63,996 nucleotides of DNA, filler included, from Sphacelaria rigidula (GCA_964200075.2; 4 parts of 4 records of this genome joined end to end with filler, not necessarily neighbours in it); one strand, 5' to 3'; counted from the first letter of the whole stretch, positions 25,901 through 37,450 are shown. Notes: generated by a model from the sequence alone, not told the origin. Numbers and translations: made by a program.

Positions 25901-28793
25901 GGGTTACTCGGGAAAAGTAAATGTGCAGCAACCCATCAACTCGTCAATCAATATCTTCCTGTCTCCCCTTGTCTCTCTGTCCCTCCCACCTCCCCTCGCG
26001 CGGGTTGCGTCTTCGACTATAACCACCAAAACAGTGGATCCAGAATCTAGAGAAGCAGAACAAGCTCACGGTGATCAAGCTCACCGACGGGGACTACCTT
26101 CGCACCCTGGAAAACGCCGTCCAATTTGGGCAACCGGTTCTCCTTGAGAACGTTGGAGAGGAATTGGATCCTTCACTGGAGCCGCTTTTGCTGAAACAGA
26201 TTTTCAAGCAGGGCGGCTGCAACTGCATCAGACTCGGAGATTCCACAGTCGAGTATAGGTAGGAATGAAAAACGTGTATTCCCGTAACGAGCAAGACTTG
26301 AAGCATGCCGCTATGTGACATAAGTATCGGCGGACAATACTTGAGCATCCAGGCTTGCCTGCAGTATGTAACACACCCAAGCACTCCGTGAGGGCGTGTG
26401 ATGAAAGCTTGAAAGTGGGGAGTATATCCCTTTTTGGTTCCACCCTAGCTGTGTGTAAGTGCACTAGACTGATGGATTTCCACAGCTAGGGACAGGTGAG
26501 AATGAGAAGTGTGTGTTTCCGTAACGAGCACAGCTTGAAGCACGCCGCGATCTGGCGTACTCATCAACAGACATTGCTTGAGCATCCAAGCTCGCCCGCA
26601 GTAGACGCCAAACGCAAGCGATCTGTGTGGGGGTGTGATAAATATCCTTAGAATCGAAAATACACCCCGTAATTACCCTACCCTAACCCTCACTCTCTCC
26701 CGTCTAGCACGTGCCAATCACTCGCTCTTGCCTGCCTCACTCGACCGACTGGCAAGTATCCGTTTCAATTGTCGCTACACCCCCCGCATCACTGATCTTG
26801 CGTCGAATTCGAACCCAATCCTAATCTCCACGCCGTCTTGCCCCCCCCCGCGCACACGTACCCGTGATGTGACGCCTTGATACCCCCATCTCTCTCACGA
26901 AGTGATAATTTCCGATTCTATATCACCACCAAGCTGAGGAATCCGCACTATCTTCCAGAGATAAGCGTGAAGGTGACACTGCTCAACTTCATGATCACTC
27001 CGGAGGGAATGCAGGACCAGGTGAGATTCTTTCTACTAACACGGGATTTTACAAGTTTGGGATGGGTTTTTTATTGAAGATGAGAAACCGGAGAATTAAA
27101 ATCTTCGCATCCACACCAAATCTTCGAAATATGGTTCCATTTCTTCGATTACTGGTAGCTTTTCACAATTACTACACGCCATGAGAATTTGGTTTCGATA
27201 ACCGAAGTGTTGGGGCCCTAGGTCAAAAACCGATTTTGGAGAATTTAGGTGATTCGATCGGACCCCAAAATTGGTTTTTGCCCTAGGACCGCAACATTTC
27301 GCTCATCGAAATCCAATTTTTCATGGCGTGTAGTAGTTGTCAATAACTACCAGTAAGTGAAAAAATGGAACCATATTTCGAAGATTTGTTGTGGATACGA
27401 AGATTTTGATTCTCCGGGTTCTCGTCCCCAATAAAAAGTCTGTCCCCAATTTGTTAAACCCCGTGGTTATTGAGTAACACGGTGATGTAAAAGTTTCCTA
27501 CCCGTACTTGAGGGGCGGCACGGACAGTACCTCTCGGTTGCGTAGCGCGAGATCGGCATTGGACTAGGTGAAGACATACGAGTCAAAACCAGTTAAATGA
27601 TTTCTGATAGCACCACAATTATTGCGAAACGTTATCCGGAAAGTGTCTCTCGTTCACTCATATTATGTCAACATGACGGTACTGCTGACGATTGCTGCTG
27701 GCTGCTGTCATCCCAGCTACAAGGTTTTCATTCCATCCGCAAGATCTCAGGTCTATTTACTTTCTTCGGTAATGTGACCGTCATTTTCAACCTGCCGGGA
27801 ACAAGTTTAACAACCAAGAAGAGCTTGAACCTTTGGAACCTGGGGCTTACAAGCGACTAATAGAGTGTCTCGTTGGCTGGCCGTTAGTGTGGAGAAGAAG
27901 GCCTACGGTCAGAATTAACGACGTAGTGAAAAATAGAGTGCGAGCAGTGTATTTCATATCCCATATGGATGGGTCATGGTATAGCAGTAGAGTACAACAT
28001 TGCGCAGCGCAGCATCATCCGGCATAGTACAGCCCTTATGTACGTCCATCCCTACGCGGGGCGTGCCGCCGATAGACGTTACTCACAGCACGGTGTCAGA
28101 GCAGCTGCAGCATGTCTTGCGGGGTGGTGACTGCAAAGCAATCACGAGTCAACAACGCGCGTGTATCTATCTGCCCAAGAGATGTCTCAGCCGAAAATTC
28201 ATTCTCTAAGCTGAATACAGTAGTTGATGGCGGCTTGTGCCCGCGACCACGCTGTCGAGAATCGTGGCTAGAGGGGGTTACGCGGGCGTGGTAGATTTTT
28301 CCATTGCTGCGACACTCAGTCTTTGCATGAACACGGTTCCCCTTCTCTTTCTCGATTGTTCTTTTTTCTTTTATGTTCCCTCTATCCTTCAGCTAGTGTT
28401 TCACTTTTGGTTTTCTTGGGTACTTCTCTCATGAGACCACGGCTGAACCCCTGGGGGGTCAGTTAAAGTGCGACAATCAATCAATCAAGTCATTAAAAAG
28501 GGCGCGTGGATTCCCTCCCTCCTCAGACCATGTAGGCTTTGCCTTAGACCACCTACGGTGCTCCCAACGCCGTGTCCCCCCCACGGAATCAGGCGCAGTG
28601 TCATCGCTCGGTAGTCACACTTTCGAAGAAAATCAGCCCAAAAAATATCCCTGGATGATAGACCATCGTGCTGCCTCGGTATGATGACAGCCCTAGGCCT
28701 GGAAAGGTTGAACGCTGTCACGATCCTGTGCTGTGCGTACAATTTGATTGGCCGGTTACATACGTGCAAAATGTAGTGGTCAGATCCGAACGA

Positions 28794-28824
<31 letters not shown>

Positions 28825-29119
28825 TTTGACAAAAATTGCCCGTTATGATCAATTTTTTGCGTAAGCCATAGTCAACTGCGCACGCGGATAACAAAAGCAT
28901 AAAATATGAAACTCTTCGTGCAAGGAGGCTCACAAACCTCGCGGTATGTGTTGTTGCTGCACGACCCGAGTCCACTTGTCGCTATTATAGTGCCCTTCGT
29001 ACTTTGTGCATCTGCCCCAACACCTCCCGTTTATGCTGATTTTGAACAGCTGCTGGGCATTGTTGTGGAGAACGAGCGGCCTGATCTTGAGGAGCAGAAG
29101 AACAAGCTAATCTTAGCAG
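16852..29119 (+). CDS. Axonemal dynein heavy chain, inner-arm type (DNAH7/DNAH3-like), partial gene: stalk coiled coils, MTBD, AAA5
   Basis: Ten exons splice in frame (574 codons): 16852-16984, 17726-17950, 19502-19719, 20588-20750, 22316-22525, 23994-24213, 25275-25417, 26035-26258, 26903-27020, 29050-29119. Hallmark motifs: [85 protein letters not shown]. The 5' and 3' parts lie outside the contig. Confidence 0.95.
17726..17950 (+). CDS. Dynein heavy chain exon ([10 protein letters not shown]...[10 protein letters not shown]), stalk CC1
   Basis: CGCAG acceptor, AAG|GTGCAC donor, phase 0-0. Confidence 0.92.
19502..19719 (+). CDS. Dynein heavy chain exon (ALDTIKQ...[15 protein letters not shown]...), MTBD
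   Basis: AACAG acceptor, GG|GTGAGT donor. Confidence 0.92.
20588..20750 (+). CDS. Dynein heavy chain exon (YDKDNIP...[19 protein letters not shown])
   Basis: GCTAG acceptor, AAG|GTGATT donor; phase matches the previous exon. Confidence 0.92.
22316..22525 (+). CDS. Dynein heavy chain exon (VVGPKKEAL...KKLERATT), stalk CC2
   Basis: ACCAG acceptor, ACG|GTAATA donor. Confidence 0.92.
22722..22970. mobile_element. 249-bp MITE with 4-bp TSD (TGTT), Sola-like
   Basis: TIR GACTAATGCCGAGATAGCCCCCCC / GGGGGGGCTATCTCGGCAGCAGTC, with TGTT on both flanks. Confidence 0.75.
23361..23715 (+). mobile_element. tRNA-derived SINE family 1 (intronic)
   Basis: GGTCGCCCCGGTGGCTCAGTTGGTAG...GGTTCGAATTTCGG head and a body homologous to 8075-8502. 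Confidence 0.8.
23994..24213 (+). CDS. Dynein heavy chain exon ([12 protein letters not shown]...[17 protein letters not shown]...)
   Basis: AATAG acceptor, G|GTGAGA donor. Confidence 0.92.
25275..25417 (+). CDS. Dynein heavy chain exon ([19 protein letters not shown]...[14 protein letters not shown]), start of AAA5; absent from the ORF track
   Basis: Manual translation; ACAAG acceptor; donor AAG|GCATGT (GC type). Confidence 0.9.
26035..26258 (+). CDS. Dynein heavy chain exon (WIQNLEK...[28 protein letters not shown]...)
   Basis: AACAG acceptor, AG|GTAGGA donor. Confidence 0.92.
26903..27020 (+). CDS. Dynein heavy chain exon ([19 protein letters not shown]...PEGMQDQ)
   Basis: CGAAG acceptor, CAG|GTGAGA donor. 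Confidence 0.92.
27040..27465. mobile_element. Long-TIR MITE / foldback (426 bp, CACGG...CCGTG termini)
   Basis: Arms of ~200 bp are reverse complements (AAATCTTCGAAATATGGTTCCATTT / AAATGGAACCATATTTCGAAGATTT). Fragments of the family at ~5982-6130, 15921-15959 and 37501-37625. Confidence 0.8.
28250..28490 (+). mobile_element. Non-LTR retroelement 3' end with (CAAT)n tail
   Basis: GAGACCACGGCTGAACCCCTGGGGGGTCAGTTAAAGTGCGACAATCAATCAATCAA preceded by a T-rich tract. Confidence 0.65.
29050..29119 (+). CDS. Dynein heavy chain exon ([23 protein letters not shown])
   Basis: AACAG acceptor, G|GTCAGT donor. Confidence 0.9.
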
Positions 29120-31944
29120 GTCAGTGACCCCCATTTGCGGCGTGGGTGAGGGTCAGCGTCCGATGATTTGTCCAAACTTCTTGTTGTTTTGCTAGTTGTA
29201 TCCATCCCAGATGTTCGGTGCACCCTTTCACAGGCTATTATAGCGCAATCACGTGCTATTGCTCTAACTCTGTTCACACGTTCACACGAAAACCTTGTCA
29301 CACTTTCTGGTTTTTCTTCTTTTCACATGTTCCAGTCTCGTACGTTATCGGCGGGGGGGGGGGGTAGTGATACCTTGAGCCCCTTTGTTCCTTCGAGCAG
29401 AGCTTGATATCTCGAGGGATGAACCCATCTTTTTCGCCGTACTTGCCATGCATTGGTTATGGAGCATTTTATCATGACCACAAGCACTGCGGCAGCCCAC
29501 CGACTTTCATTGAATTATTTCGCCAAGTCTCCTTCTCATATACCCGCGTGGCGAATACCAGAAAAACCGACTCCATAGTCAGGGTTCGAAGCTACAGCAC
29601 CCGCCCAAAAGAGAGCTGATGCACGTTCTAGTTTGACCTTCGAATTAATGACGTCAAGAGCACGATGTTATATTTCTGCGCATGCTTCGGAGTGTGCTAC
29701 CAAGCGCAATCTTAGGGCGTTGAGGTCCGTTCCTATGAGAATAAAAAAGCGTCGTGTGCGGAAATGTGAGTTTCGAGGCATTTGACAGCTTCCTCAGTCC
29801 CCAAACACGTAGCCACTATAACTTGTATTTCCTTCGTGGTGGATGGCAAGTATGGGCTATATGTTCGAAGTGGGGTGATGCACATTTTCCCCCACTGTTG
29901 CCGCAAGGTCGCTGACAAGTGACTAGCATCCGCGACACTTGCGGCAACTGTGGACACCACTTTCGACTCGTCGCGGCCGCTGCCGGAAGTGTGCGATGCG
30001 ACACTATCCGCGACACGTCGGTTGTGTGGGCAGCACCTCCGACATTTCAACCGCACTTCCTCGGTGTGATCGGCAGCGGTCGCATTGTGGACGATACCTT
30101 CACAAGTGTCGCCGATACTAGAAACGTGCGGAGCGCACTGTTGATCACCGTGTGGCTGGCCAGCCGGCAGCCGCGCCGTCAGTTGTTGGCCCCGATTCGG
30201 AGAGTACCGCCGACACTTCCTGGCAGTGACCGACAGGTCGGAAGTATCGCCCACACATTCGCGAGTGCCGGCGGCACGCCCGCTACCATCATCGATACGC
30301 CCGCTTCTGCTAGTGACAATGCACACTCTGTCGCTCAACATTTCACCAGTGCTGGTCACATGGAGGCCAGAGTAAGCTCAGGTAGTGTGGATTCAGGTCG
30401 TTTTCAAGGTTAGATTTTGGGGCTAGGGCAAGGGTTAAGGAGATATGGGTGAGGAATTTGCGCTGTTGTCGAGCCCATCGCGAGTGCTGACAACGCCACG
30501 CGGGGGTCTTGGCACACGACAAGAGGATAGCTCGCGCCCGATACGGTGTGGTATGACCGACTTGGGTGGAAACTGGCGACCATACTAGCGGAAACCGGCA
30601 ACCACACCGTCGAAGTGGCAAAAGATGCCAACGATAACTGTGGTAAGCCGGTGTCGAGATAACCACCAACAGCTACTGATGTTGTTGGCCACAGTTGCCA
30701 GAAGTGCCGCCGGCGGGTGACAAGTCGTGTCGACAGTCGCGGCAACTGTGTCCCACACTTGATCTTACCATCAGCCACAGTGGTCGCAATTGCCGGCGAC
30801 GTTGTACCATAAACCAAATGCCACCCCTTCAGTAGATATGTGGCGGTCATGCTTTCTATTCCGCGCCCAAGGGTGCTGTCAAGTATCTCAGAATGGGATA
30901 TTCCAGGGAACGGTTTCGACTTCCGTAAGAAACGGCCTAATGATGCTTATGAGATTATGAGGGGTGAATGGTTTCCACTCCTGCCACCACGCAGGCGTCG
31001 TGGAATAGGAACATACAGCTCGCACGCACGAGAGATATATTGCATCACTCAGGATGCTGAAATGTTCAGCAGAGTTGAAAATATCTGCAATAATTGTACG
31101 ACACCCGTAGTCGTACAACATGGAGTTGAAACACCTTTGAGAGGAAGCTTCGCCGATGGTCATGAGGGCTTCGATCTTAATGTAAGTAAGCATTCATGTT
31201 TATTTTTTCCAACGTGGTGGAAGTAGAGAGAGTAGCTGAACACAGTGCAAGCGGGGCATTCGCAGTAGGCGCCACCACTACTAGAACATCAAGACAACCA
31301 ATGCATTCATGGATCATGTACCAAACCATTGCGCTTCAGGTACACGTCAAAATCGTCCAAGTGCTAAACCAGATGCAACTGGCCCATCATCGAGTCAAAA
31401 GTCTTCGCTTCTGAGCAAGTGCTGTCGTTAACGCAGAAGAGGCACTTCCTCTCATAGCCGGGTTGGACCCACAAGAAACACACATCCCGGTGAACAGGCT
31501 ACCATGAGTTGCCTTCCTCTTAAACAGCTTGGTTCCCCGCAACGTCAGTTTCAGCTCAGCAAGTGGCAACTGTGCCGATGCGCACCGCCATGCGCGGTAG
31601 GGCTTGTAGATACCAGGGAAGCCAGTGGGGTGGATTGCGTTCGTGCAAGCGGTCGATACGTGCGGTCGACTCCTCTCGTCGATGCGCTCTAGAGTACTCT
31701 CGTGAGTATCCAGAGTAGCCACCTCGATAAGTGAGCGCAGATCGGTATCATGTATTTTCGGCGCTACTATACGCCTGGATAAAATTTGCATACCCCTTGA
31801 CCAGGCACCATTTTCTCCCAGAATAAAGGCGGGGTCGTGTCTAGCTTTGCTACTCCTTTTTCGTTTCCGCTTGTGATGTCGTAGCCCTCGCGCCTGCCTC
31901 AAGACAAGCTCGCATATCAAAACATTGATCCTTCCCCCCCCACT

Positions 31945-32017
31945 TGGCTCTGTGGCAAAGCAATAGAGAGCAGAAGTCATATAGTGGCAGAATATGAGCT
32001 ATACAAGGAGGAACGGG
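31945..32017 (+). mobile_element. Fragment of the same LINE as 16075-16700, at the contig end
   Basis: CTGTGGCAAAGCAATAGAGAGCAGAAGTCATATAGTGGCAGAATATGAGCTATACAAGGAGGAA matches 16322-16386. Confidence 0.75.
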
Positions 32018-32117
32018 NNNNNNNNNNNNNNNNNNNNNNNNNNNNNNNNNNNNNNNNNNNNTTAATTAATTAANNNNNNNNNNNNNNNNNNNNNNNNNNN
32101 NNNNNNNNNNNNNNNNN
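32018..32117. other. Artificial contig-joining spacer
   Basis: 44 N + TTAATTAATTAA + 44 N. Confidence 0.97.
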
Positions 32118-32119
32118 TC

Positions 32120-32280
32120 AACTCACGTCACACAAACCCAGTCGACTTGCTTGCTTACTCGCGTTCTCACGCTTTCCACGGTTGAAATCGTATATGACGA
32201 AGAAAAAACCCAACGCATCGGGAATCGAACCCCCGTTCTCTCGACCCTAATGTCTTCAGTCGGACCATTACACTAGTAGT
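32120..32280 (-). mobile_element. tRNA-derived SINE family 2
   Basis: Minus strand has B-box GGGTTCGATTCCC followed by a T-rich stretch and a body similar to 60350-60535. Confidence 0.5.
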
Positions 32281-32371
32281 CACATCGATTCCGTTTATCC
32301 TGTGTTGTCCTTCCATTTTCGCCTCTTTTGTCCATGTATGCGCGAACGAAATGCCACGAAAACATTTCCAG

Positions 32372-32521
32372 GTTTGCCGCAGCGTGAAGTTCCTCATGCT
32401 ACACTTGCGAGACTGCGACGGGCGTACGGAGGCCGGACAACCGTGCCCAATGCCTTGGTGCCGACCCTGCACGTCCCTGCTGCTCCATCTCATCAAGTGC
32501 ACAGATCCGGCACAGTGCCAG
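32372..32521 (+). CDS. TAZ-type zinc-finger protein, penultimate exon
   Basis: TTTCCAG acceptor, CAG|GTATAC donor, 150 nt. Encodes VCRSVKFLMLHLRDCDGRTEAGQPCPMPWCRPCTSLLLHLIKCTDPAQCQ, with the H-x3-C...C-x4-C repeats of a TAZ finger. Confidence 0.8.
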
Positions 32522-32689
32522 GTATACGCGCGTTGTATTTGTCAGAGTCAGTGCCATCGCCCGCGATCAGGGGGTGTTACGGGTGTTTCTCACAGGTAGA
32601 TGTCATACTGTATCTTGCTCTCACTGTGTATCTATCCCGTCTCAGCAACAGACCTGTGTATACATATACATGTATGTTGAGTTGGTGCA

Positions 32690-33600
32690 CAAAAATGCCG
32701 CAAAAGTGATTCAGTGCCTGGCTTTGGCAGTACAGTAGTCAGCGTCAGAAGTATGCAGGATTCGTAATTTCTTGGTTTCTCAAAGATTTTCCCAATTTGT
32801 TTCGCTTGCCACCGCTCATCACAGTGACTGTTGGGATGCCAAAAAATGGCCATCTGGAGATATTCTAATTCTCTCGACAGATGTTGAATGAAAAAATATC
32901 TGCGATCAATATTGAGTGACTTGAGGGCTTGACCGATCTTCGGGAGTCCTGCGAAAGTGCAACCCCAGGTTGTAGCTTTTTGGTATTTTCGCTCGACTGA
33001 TTCGATCCCGATCACATAAGTGAAGAATCAAAAAGGATATTTTTATTCAAATTCCACCTATTCACTGCGCTGAAGCCGAAAAACCATGTTTCTTGGACCA
33101 TTTACGGTTAATAACACCCTCCTGATAAACGGGATCTTTACTCCGTATCGCTCCCACAACACCAACTTGAGCATCGTAATTTGAGCACAGTCGGCTTATT
33201 TTGCCAAAACTATCGACGCTAGCACTTTCGAGTGCTCATGGAGAATGTTATGCGAAAAAGAAGACGAAAAGAGGCTATCCGCAGAAAATGCTAGACTGAG
33301 GTCTGTGCACTATAGGAGGGAAGCGCGATCTCGATCATTATTGGAAATAATTTTATACATGTTCATTATCTGGATATTCACCGTTTCGTTGCGGACGAGC
33401 CGGAGAACTGTTTTTATTGGACCCAAAACGGTCAATAACACCCTCCTGATGAACGGGGCATCTAGTCCGTATCGCCCCCAAAACACCAGCTTGGGCACTG
33501 CAGTTTGAGCGTGGCCTACGCTTCCCCCCTAAATCTACCGGCGCTAGCACTTTCAAGTAGTAGTGAAGAATAGTACTCGAGAAAAACTCAAAAACTACAA
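32690..33600. repeat. Interspersed repeat (probable DNA-transposon subterminal region) with internal duplication
   Basis: AATAACACCCTCCTGATAAACGGG occurs at 33111 and 33434. The reverse complement is homologous to 53270-53700 and 54330-54780. Confidence 0.6.
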
Positions 33601-35060
33601 CAACTACGAATTCTGAAAACTTCTGATGCTGACTACTATATTGCATGTGAGCCCGTGAGTGTCATCGTCCAGTCGGCCACGTGGTCACGCCTTCTATGTC
33701 TCACCGTTGTAGTATTTTTCGCCAGCAGCTCGTGTGATGGATAAATATACACAAAACTATATTGTACATATGGCAACACGTGTGTGTCCAAGTATCTGTA
33801 TCTGCATCTACATATTTATTCATCTCTCTATATAGCTACGCGCTGGTAGTCACACCGGTACATTCGGACTACTTTTGGACGTATTTCATGACTTCAAATC
33901 CCCGGCAGTAAGCTGTTTATCGTGCATGTAACGTGAGAACTATCCGACAATAATGAGATGCGGTTTAAGTCGATGGGCTGCTGCGGTGTTGATCGCTTGA
34001 TAGTTTAATGTAAGGCAAGTACTGGAGAAGAAATAGGTGGACCCCTTGAGATCACGACGTTATCCAGAGAGAGGGAGGTAGTTGGAGGTAGCACAAACGT
34101 TGAATATATTGGTATATAATGTATAATGAATATTTAAAGTCTCATGTTTTCCACAATACTTTCTGTGCAGTACCCGTTTCTGGGTATGAACAAACCTTCG
34201 TGATTTTCTGGGATGAAATATTTTGGAAGGTTCCTCAAATGCACCTATTTATGAGTTGAAATACGAGCTGGGCCAGCTGAAAAGCGGCAAAAAGTTGCTC
34301 ACACCACAGCTTTCCCAGTTTCCGGAATGAGCCCGATGTAAGCATGTCACTGTGAACTGCAGACCCACCTGATGACGAAGGACTGCGTCGCTGTTCGAGT
34401 GGCGCCGTATTGCCGATGACGCTATTGTACTGCATAGAGCACGGGGTGCGTCTGATGTCGTTGGGCGATAGCTTGTCGGAGTGCGTATTTTTTCAGCGGT
34501 GGGTTTACGTCAGCAATCACCCCGCACTGGGTGAATGTAAGGTGCACCAGTGTCACGCAGAACGTTGCACGCACGGCCCAATTCGACGACTCTTGAGCTG
34601 AAATTTCACGAAGACCTTCTGCACCCTAGGACATGATACATACCGGGAGCAGCTGCAGATTATTGTTTTTTTCCTGCACTCATGATATTATCTTGTTTTT
34701 GCTGAAATTTCAAACCCCCGTAACTTCCTTTTTTTATTTTTTTATTTGCTGCTCTCGGGATGTTCTGCATGTCGATCATAATAAGCTTCTGTCAAAATTT
34801 CAGCGTCCAACTTCTAATTTTACGCCATGCGTCGCCCGAGCGGGAAAACTACCCACTGTTGGCTGGCCCAGCTCGTACTGGATTCGTTTTTCCATGGCAT
34901 GCATGTTCGGTCCGGCGAACAACGAGGCAGGTGAGTTTACGTTTTTCTGTTTCGTGTGTGCATGTGCGCATATGTCGCTCTCAGTGCAAACCTTTGTTCC
35001 TCCTTTCACCTATTCCCCTGTTATCCCTCCCCGCCTCTTTTATCCACTCCGCGAGAGCAG

Positions 35061-35336
35061 GTTTGCAACCCGCTGCATCTTCCATCTCCGCTGCAAGCAT
35101 TGCGAACCCTGAATAATCATTCTCGCAGTGAACAAGCGCAACACAATCAAGACCGCCAGATCGCAAGTGCCGCCGCCGCTGCCTCCGCCGCTGCCTCCGC
35201 GGCAACTACCAGCAACACCACCACCGCAGACTGTCCCACCAGGACCGCACGCGCACCCACTACCGGCGGTACCATCGCCACGGGCGTGTCTACTACCTCC
35301 ATCACCCCGGTACCCTCAAACCGTTCCGCATCTTGA
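35061..35336 (+). CDS. TAZ-type zinc-finger protein, terminal exon
   Basis: GAGCAG acceptor, phase 0. VCNPLHLPSPLQALRTLN completes C-x2-C with the previous exon (QC-Q|VC); Ala/Thr-rich tail ends at TGA 35334-35336. Confidence 0.7.
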   Translation, partial: VCNPLHLPSPLQALRTLNNHSRSEQAQHNQDRQIASAAAAASAAASAATTSNTTTADCPTRTARAPTTGGTIATGVSTTSITPVPSNRSAS

Positions 35337-37195
35337 CGCAGTTGCGTCAGCGCCAGTGCCGCCGCTTGTCGCAATGCGGGCCGTGTGGAAGGGGTGCATG
35401 GCATCTGAGAAATGGCAGAACAAACCGTGTTGTTGGCCTTGGGCATACTCATGACCTGGTCGAACCTTGTATTCTGCAGATTCCTCCTCAATTTTTGTTT
35501 GTGGTTGCCCATGCGTTGTAATATGCCGGGAGCATCGTTAGAGATAAGTAGGATGGAGGGAGGGAGGTGGGGGTGGGGTGAAAGGGGGCCGAGGTTCCCC
35601 GTTTGGCGCTCATCAAAAGTTGAAGTTGCTGGTAGGGTGGTGAATGTAAGCGAGTATACATTTTGGTGGAGACGGCAGTGTTTTTCTTCCTTGTTTATAT
35701 TTTGCGCTGCTCTTGTTCTCAACCGCCAATTTTGTTGTGTAGAAAGAACAGAGTTAACAATTATTCGGTAGTGCTTGTAGCAGCTGTGCCTTGAAGGACA
35801 CGTCATCACGTGATCTTTCGCACTTTACTGTGTAGACAGAACATAAAATGGACACGTCCCCTTTTGCAAAATTATTTCCTCTGGGCATTATTTTGACGCC
35901 CCCGCTGTTGCCGGTAAGGATGCACTGCTAGCAGTGGTCGCCCGTCCATGGAATATTTTGGCAGGACTGTGGAGCGAAGACGGGCAGCCCCTACGAGGTT
36001 CCTCTGTTCCTGCGGTAGGGTGTGTACGGTGTTATCGCGTTTTATGCACGCTTCCCCCTTCCCTCTCTCCGCTCTCGTTACGCCGTGCTAGGAGAGGCCC
36101 CGTTCCAGATATTTGTGTTTTACCGGGTGTTCTCCGTGCCATCTTTGGGGCCTGCATCTAACAGCAGATACGGGAACGACGATCGCGGGGAACGTCATAT
36201 TTGTACTGCAGGGGGTGTACATGCATATATTATGAAGAACATGTGGCTCTGTTGGCTACATGAAGGATACGGGAGGTAATTGCACCTTTCGAACAACTGA
36301 TTCTTGTAGGTGGTCACGGGTATTATTGTCGTTAATCGAACGTGACACTGCGTGTTTGTTTTGGTCTCCCGTTCATGCTGAAGATAGATCACTACATTTT
36401 TCGCGCTGCTTGTTTTCTGGAAGTCCGTTTAGAACGGGTCAACACGAGTGGATCCACGAAATATATGGACAGCAATGTTACGGTAAGGGTGCACTTTTTG
36501 CGCAAAATCCCGTACGGTTCAGGGGCTCCCAACAATTCTAGACGCACAAGAATACGTCTGGGTGAGGGCAACCCCGCGTCTGCAAATTAATTAGAGATAT
36601 CCCTGACGTTGAAATGGTAATCCTGGCGTACTCTAACATATTTCATACATCTTGATTTATGGATTGACGACTGTCATCGTGGGAGCTTCTCTTGATGAGG
36701 ATCTTGGGAGGTCCTTCGCTCGGCGGCGTAGGTCCAGTGTTGCTCTGACCTCGCTCTCCGAATGATGAAGAGGTGCCGGTGCCTGACCCCGGAAAATATT
36801 TGTGCACCCCTACCGTAGCATCACTCTGGCGTGTATGATACACGGCATCACTTGGAACAATGTTTTCGTGATCCTGAGAGTAGAGGATATACGATTGAGA
36901 GTGAAAAGCGGTCAATTAGTGAACGAATCGCTTCCGTTCCGAAAGGCCCCTTCACGAGACCCAATATGCTTCCTGTAGTAGCTTGTCACCCAGGCCTCAG
37001 ACATTCCTAAGTAGGATATCGACTCATAGCTTTAAGGACACGCCAGAGATGGGCAAAGAAGAGCACACACGGAATGAGAAATTGGTTCAAGTTGAAGCGA
37101 ATGATCAAAGGCACTCTCCACCAGCGCTTTACTCTCGATCTCACGAAAACGTTGTTTCGGACCGTTTCTTCCGTTTTTTTTAATCTCAAGGCTGA

Positions 37196-37450
37196 GAGTG
37201 ATGCCGCGATTGCCCCCCCCCCCTCCCGAAAAACGACTGGTTTGAGGAGGCAAACTCTTAGTGTGAATCGATCTTGCAAAAGCCGAGCACACCGAGCAGC
37301 TGGGAAACATCCACGGTCGAGATGATATCCGTCAATGTCTTCCATATGAGGCGCGTCGTGCAGTTTGAAACCGACTATCATGCGCTTCATGGCCACTTTG
37401 TTCGTAGAAGTTTGGGGGCTGGTTCGGAGGGGGCTATCGCGGCATCACTC
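37196..37450. mobile_element. 255-bp MITE, Sola-like
   Basis: TIR GAGTGATGCCGCGATTGCCCCC / GGGGGCTATCGCGGCATCACTC, flanks CTGA/CTGC; interior homologous to 38912-39160. Confidence 0.72.

Noticed and set aside
25470..26147. 225-aa hydrophobic 'membrane protein' ORF
   Set aside because: It derives from a T/C-rich intronic retroelement tail and overlaps a dynein exon in another frame.
30408..30440. Telomere
   Set aside because: Only a few degenerate TTAGGG-like words inside a repeat; not a terminal array.
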